From Tubiluchus corallicola (taxonomy: Eukaryota > Animalia > Priapulida), in contig JAQGDQ010000810.1 of the NCBI GenBank assembly GCA_030141605.1, positions 1-64,000 of the forward strand: 64,000 bases of DNA, read 5' to 3'. The notes below the pieces were generated by a model, which saw nothing but the letters and a program-made list of their open reading frames with translations, was not told the origin of the DNA and made no database searches. Made by a program: the position numbers and the translations under genes. Each line of letters begins with the position of its first letter. Positions within the stretch are counted from its first letter, which is position 1. This document shows positions 61,700 to 64,000 of this stretch, piece after piece.

Positions 61700-64000
61700 G
61701 TGGGCCTCGTGTTGGCATTATGTTGTAAAAGTTGAATAAACTGATTTGAAGAATCCAACATTCACGTTTTTGCTAATTGTCACTGTGGGCCTATAATGCT
61801 GACATTATGTTGTAAAAGTTGTATAAACTGATTTGAAGAATCCAACATTCACGTTTTTGCTAATTGTCACTGTGGGCCTATAATGCTGACATTATGTTGT
61901 AGAAGTTGTATAAACTGATTTGAAGAATCCAACATCCACGCTTTTGCTAATTGTCACTGTGGGCCTATAATGCTGACATTATGTTGTAAAAGTTGAATAA
62001 ACTGATTTGAAGAATCCAACATTCACGTTTTTGCTAATTGTCACTGTGGGCCTATAATGCTGACATTATGTTGTAGAAGTTGAATAAACTGATTTGAAGA
62101 ATCCAACATCCACGCTTTTGCTAATTGTCACTGTGGGCCTATAATGCTGACATTATGTTGTAAAAGTTGAATAAACTGATTTGAAGAATCCAACATCCAC
62201 GCTTTTGCTAATTGTCGCATGGGCTTATAATGCTGACATTATGTTGTAAAAGTTGAATAAACTGATTTGAAGAATCCAACATTCACGTTTTTGCTAATTG
62301 TCACTGTGGGCTAATGTTGGCATTGTTGTAGAAGTTGAATAAACTGATTTGAAGAATCCAACATTCACGCTTTTGTTAATTGTCACTGTGGGCCTATAAT
62401 GCTGACATTATGTTGTAAAAGTTGAATAAACTGATTTGAAGAATCCAACATCCACGCTTTTGCTAATTGTCACTGTGGGCCTATAATGTTGACATTATGT
62501 TGTAAAAGTTGAATAAACTGATTTGAAGAATCCAACATCCACGCTTTTGCTAATTGCCACTGTGGGCCTATAATGCTGACATTATGTTGTAAAAGTTGAA
62601 TAAACTGATTTGAAGAATCGAACATTCACGTTTTTGCTAATTGTCACTGTGGGCCTATAATGCTGACATTATGTTGTAAAAGTTGAATAAACTGATTTGA
62701 AGAATCGAACATTCACGTTTTTGCTAATTGTCACTGTGGGCCTATAATGCTGACATTATGTTGTAAAAGTTGAATAAACTGATTTGAAGAATCCAACATT
62801 CACGCTTTTGCTAATTGTCACTGTGGGCCTATAATGCTGACATTATGTTGTAAAAGTTGAATAAACTGATTTGAAGAATCCAACATTCACGTTTTTGCTA
62901 ATTGTCACTGTGGGCCTATAATGCTGACATTATGTTGTAGAAGTTGAATAAACTGATTTGAAGAATCGAACATTCACGTTTTTGCTAATTGTCACTGTGG
63001 ACCTATAATGCTGACATTATGTTGTAGAAGTTGAATAAACTGATTTGAAGAATCCAACATCCACGCTTTTGCTAATTGTCACTGTGGGCCTATAATGTTG
63101 ACATTATGTTGTAAAAGTTGAATAAACTGATTTGAAGAATCCAACATCCGCGCTTTTGCTAATTGTCACTGTGGGCCTATAATGTTGACATTATGTTGTA
63201 GAAGTTGAATAAACTGATTTGAAGAATCCAACATCCACGCTTTTGCTAATTGTCGCATGGGCTTATAATGCTGACATTATGTTGTAAAAGTTGAATAAAC
63301 TGATTTGAAGAATCCAACATTCACGTTTTTGCTAATTGTCACTGTGGGCTAATGTTGGCATTGTTGTAGAAGTTGAATAAACTGATTTGAAGAATCCAAC
63401 ATTCACGCTTTTGTTAATTGTCACTGTGGGCCTATAATGCTGACATTATGTTGTAAAAGTTGAATAAACTGATTTGAAGAATCCAACATCCACGCTTTTG
63501 CTAATTGTCACTGTGGGCCTATAATGTTGACATTATGTTGTAGAAGTTGAATAAACTGATTTGAAGAATCCAACATCCACGCTTTTGCTAATTGTCGCAT
63601 GGGCTTATAATGCTGACATTATGTTGTAGAAGTTGAATAAACTGATTTGAAGAATCCAACATCCACGCTTTTGCTAATTGTCACTGTGGGCCTATAATGC
63701 TGACATTATGTTGTAAAAGTTGAATAAACTGATTTGAAGAATCCAACATTCACGTTTTTGCTAATTGTCACTGTGGGCCTATAATGCTGACATTATGTTG
63801 TAGAAGTTGAATAAACTGATTTAAGGAATCCAACATCCACGCTTTTGCTAATTGTCACATGGGCCTATAATGTTGACATTATGTTATAGAAGTTGAATAA
63901 CCTGATTTTGAAGAATCCAACATCCACGCTTTTGCTAATTGTTGCATGGGCCTATAATGTTGACATGTTGTAGAAGTTGAATAAACTGATTTAAAGAATC
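61700..64000. repeat. 87-bp satellite, at least 26 copies, runs off window end
   Basis: Unit CATTATGTTGTAAAAGTTGAATAAACTGATTTGAAGAATCCAACATTCACGTTTTTGCTAATTGTCACTGTGGGCCTATAATGCTGA. Confidence 0.98.

Overview
AT-rich, intron-rich animal genomic DNA. The 5S-derived sequence looks invertebrate and possibly lophotrochozoan, but the taxon cannot be fixed. Two spliced genes sit head-to-head, with 355 bp between their ATGs. (1) RAD9, the 9-1-1 checkpoint clamp subunit: exons 1-6 are on the minus strand (18898 to 8841), but exons 7-9 are on the PLUS strand (1239-4143), inside a ~6.2 kb segment bracketed by a nearly identical inverted repeat of at least 0.87 kb (1-~870 / ~7074-7942). Flipping that segment restores exon order, strand and every splice phase. 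This is the main finding: a real intragenic inversion, a fold-back duplication, or a mis-oriented assembly. (2) A 9-exon plus-strand gene (19254-49869) encoding a ~1,500-aa, mostly disordered protein I cannot name. The rest is introns and intergenic DNA packed with MITEs (hAT, 6-bp-TSD hAT-like, Harbinger, Tc1/mariner-type), LINE 3' fragments (Rex1, CR1, L2-like, RTE), tRNA- and 5S-derived SINEs, and about ten unrelated minisatellite arrays. Several arrays visibly arose inside or at the end of a transposon. All family assignments are by eye; no searches were run.
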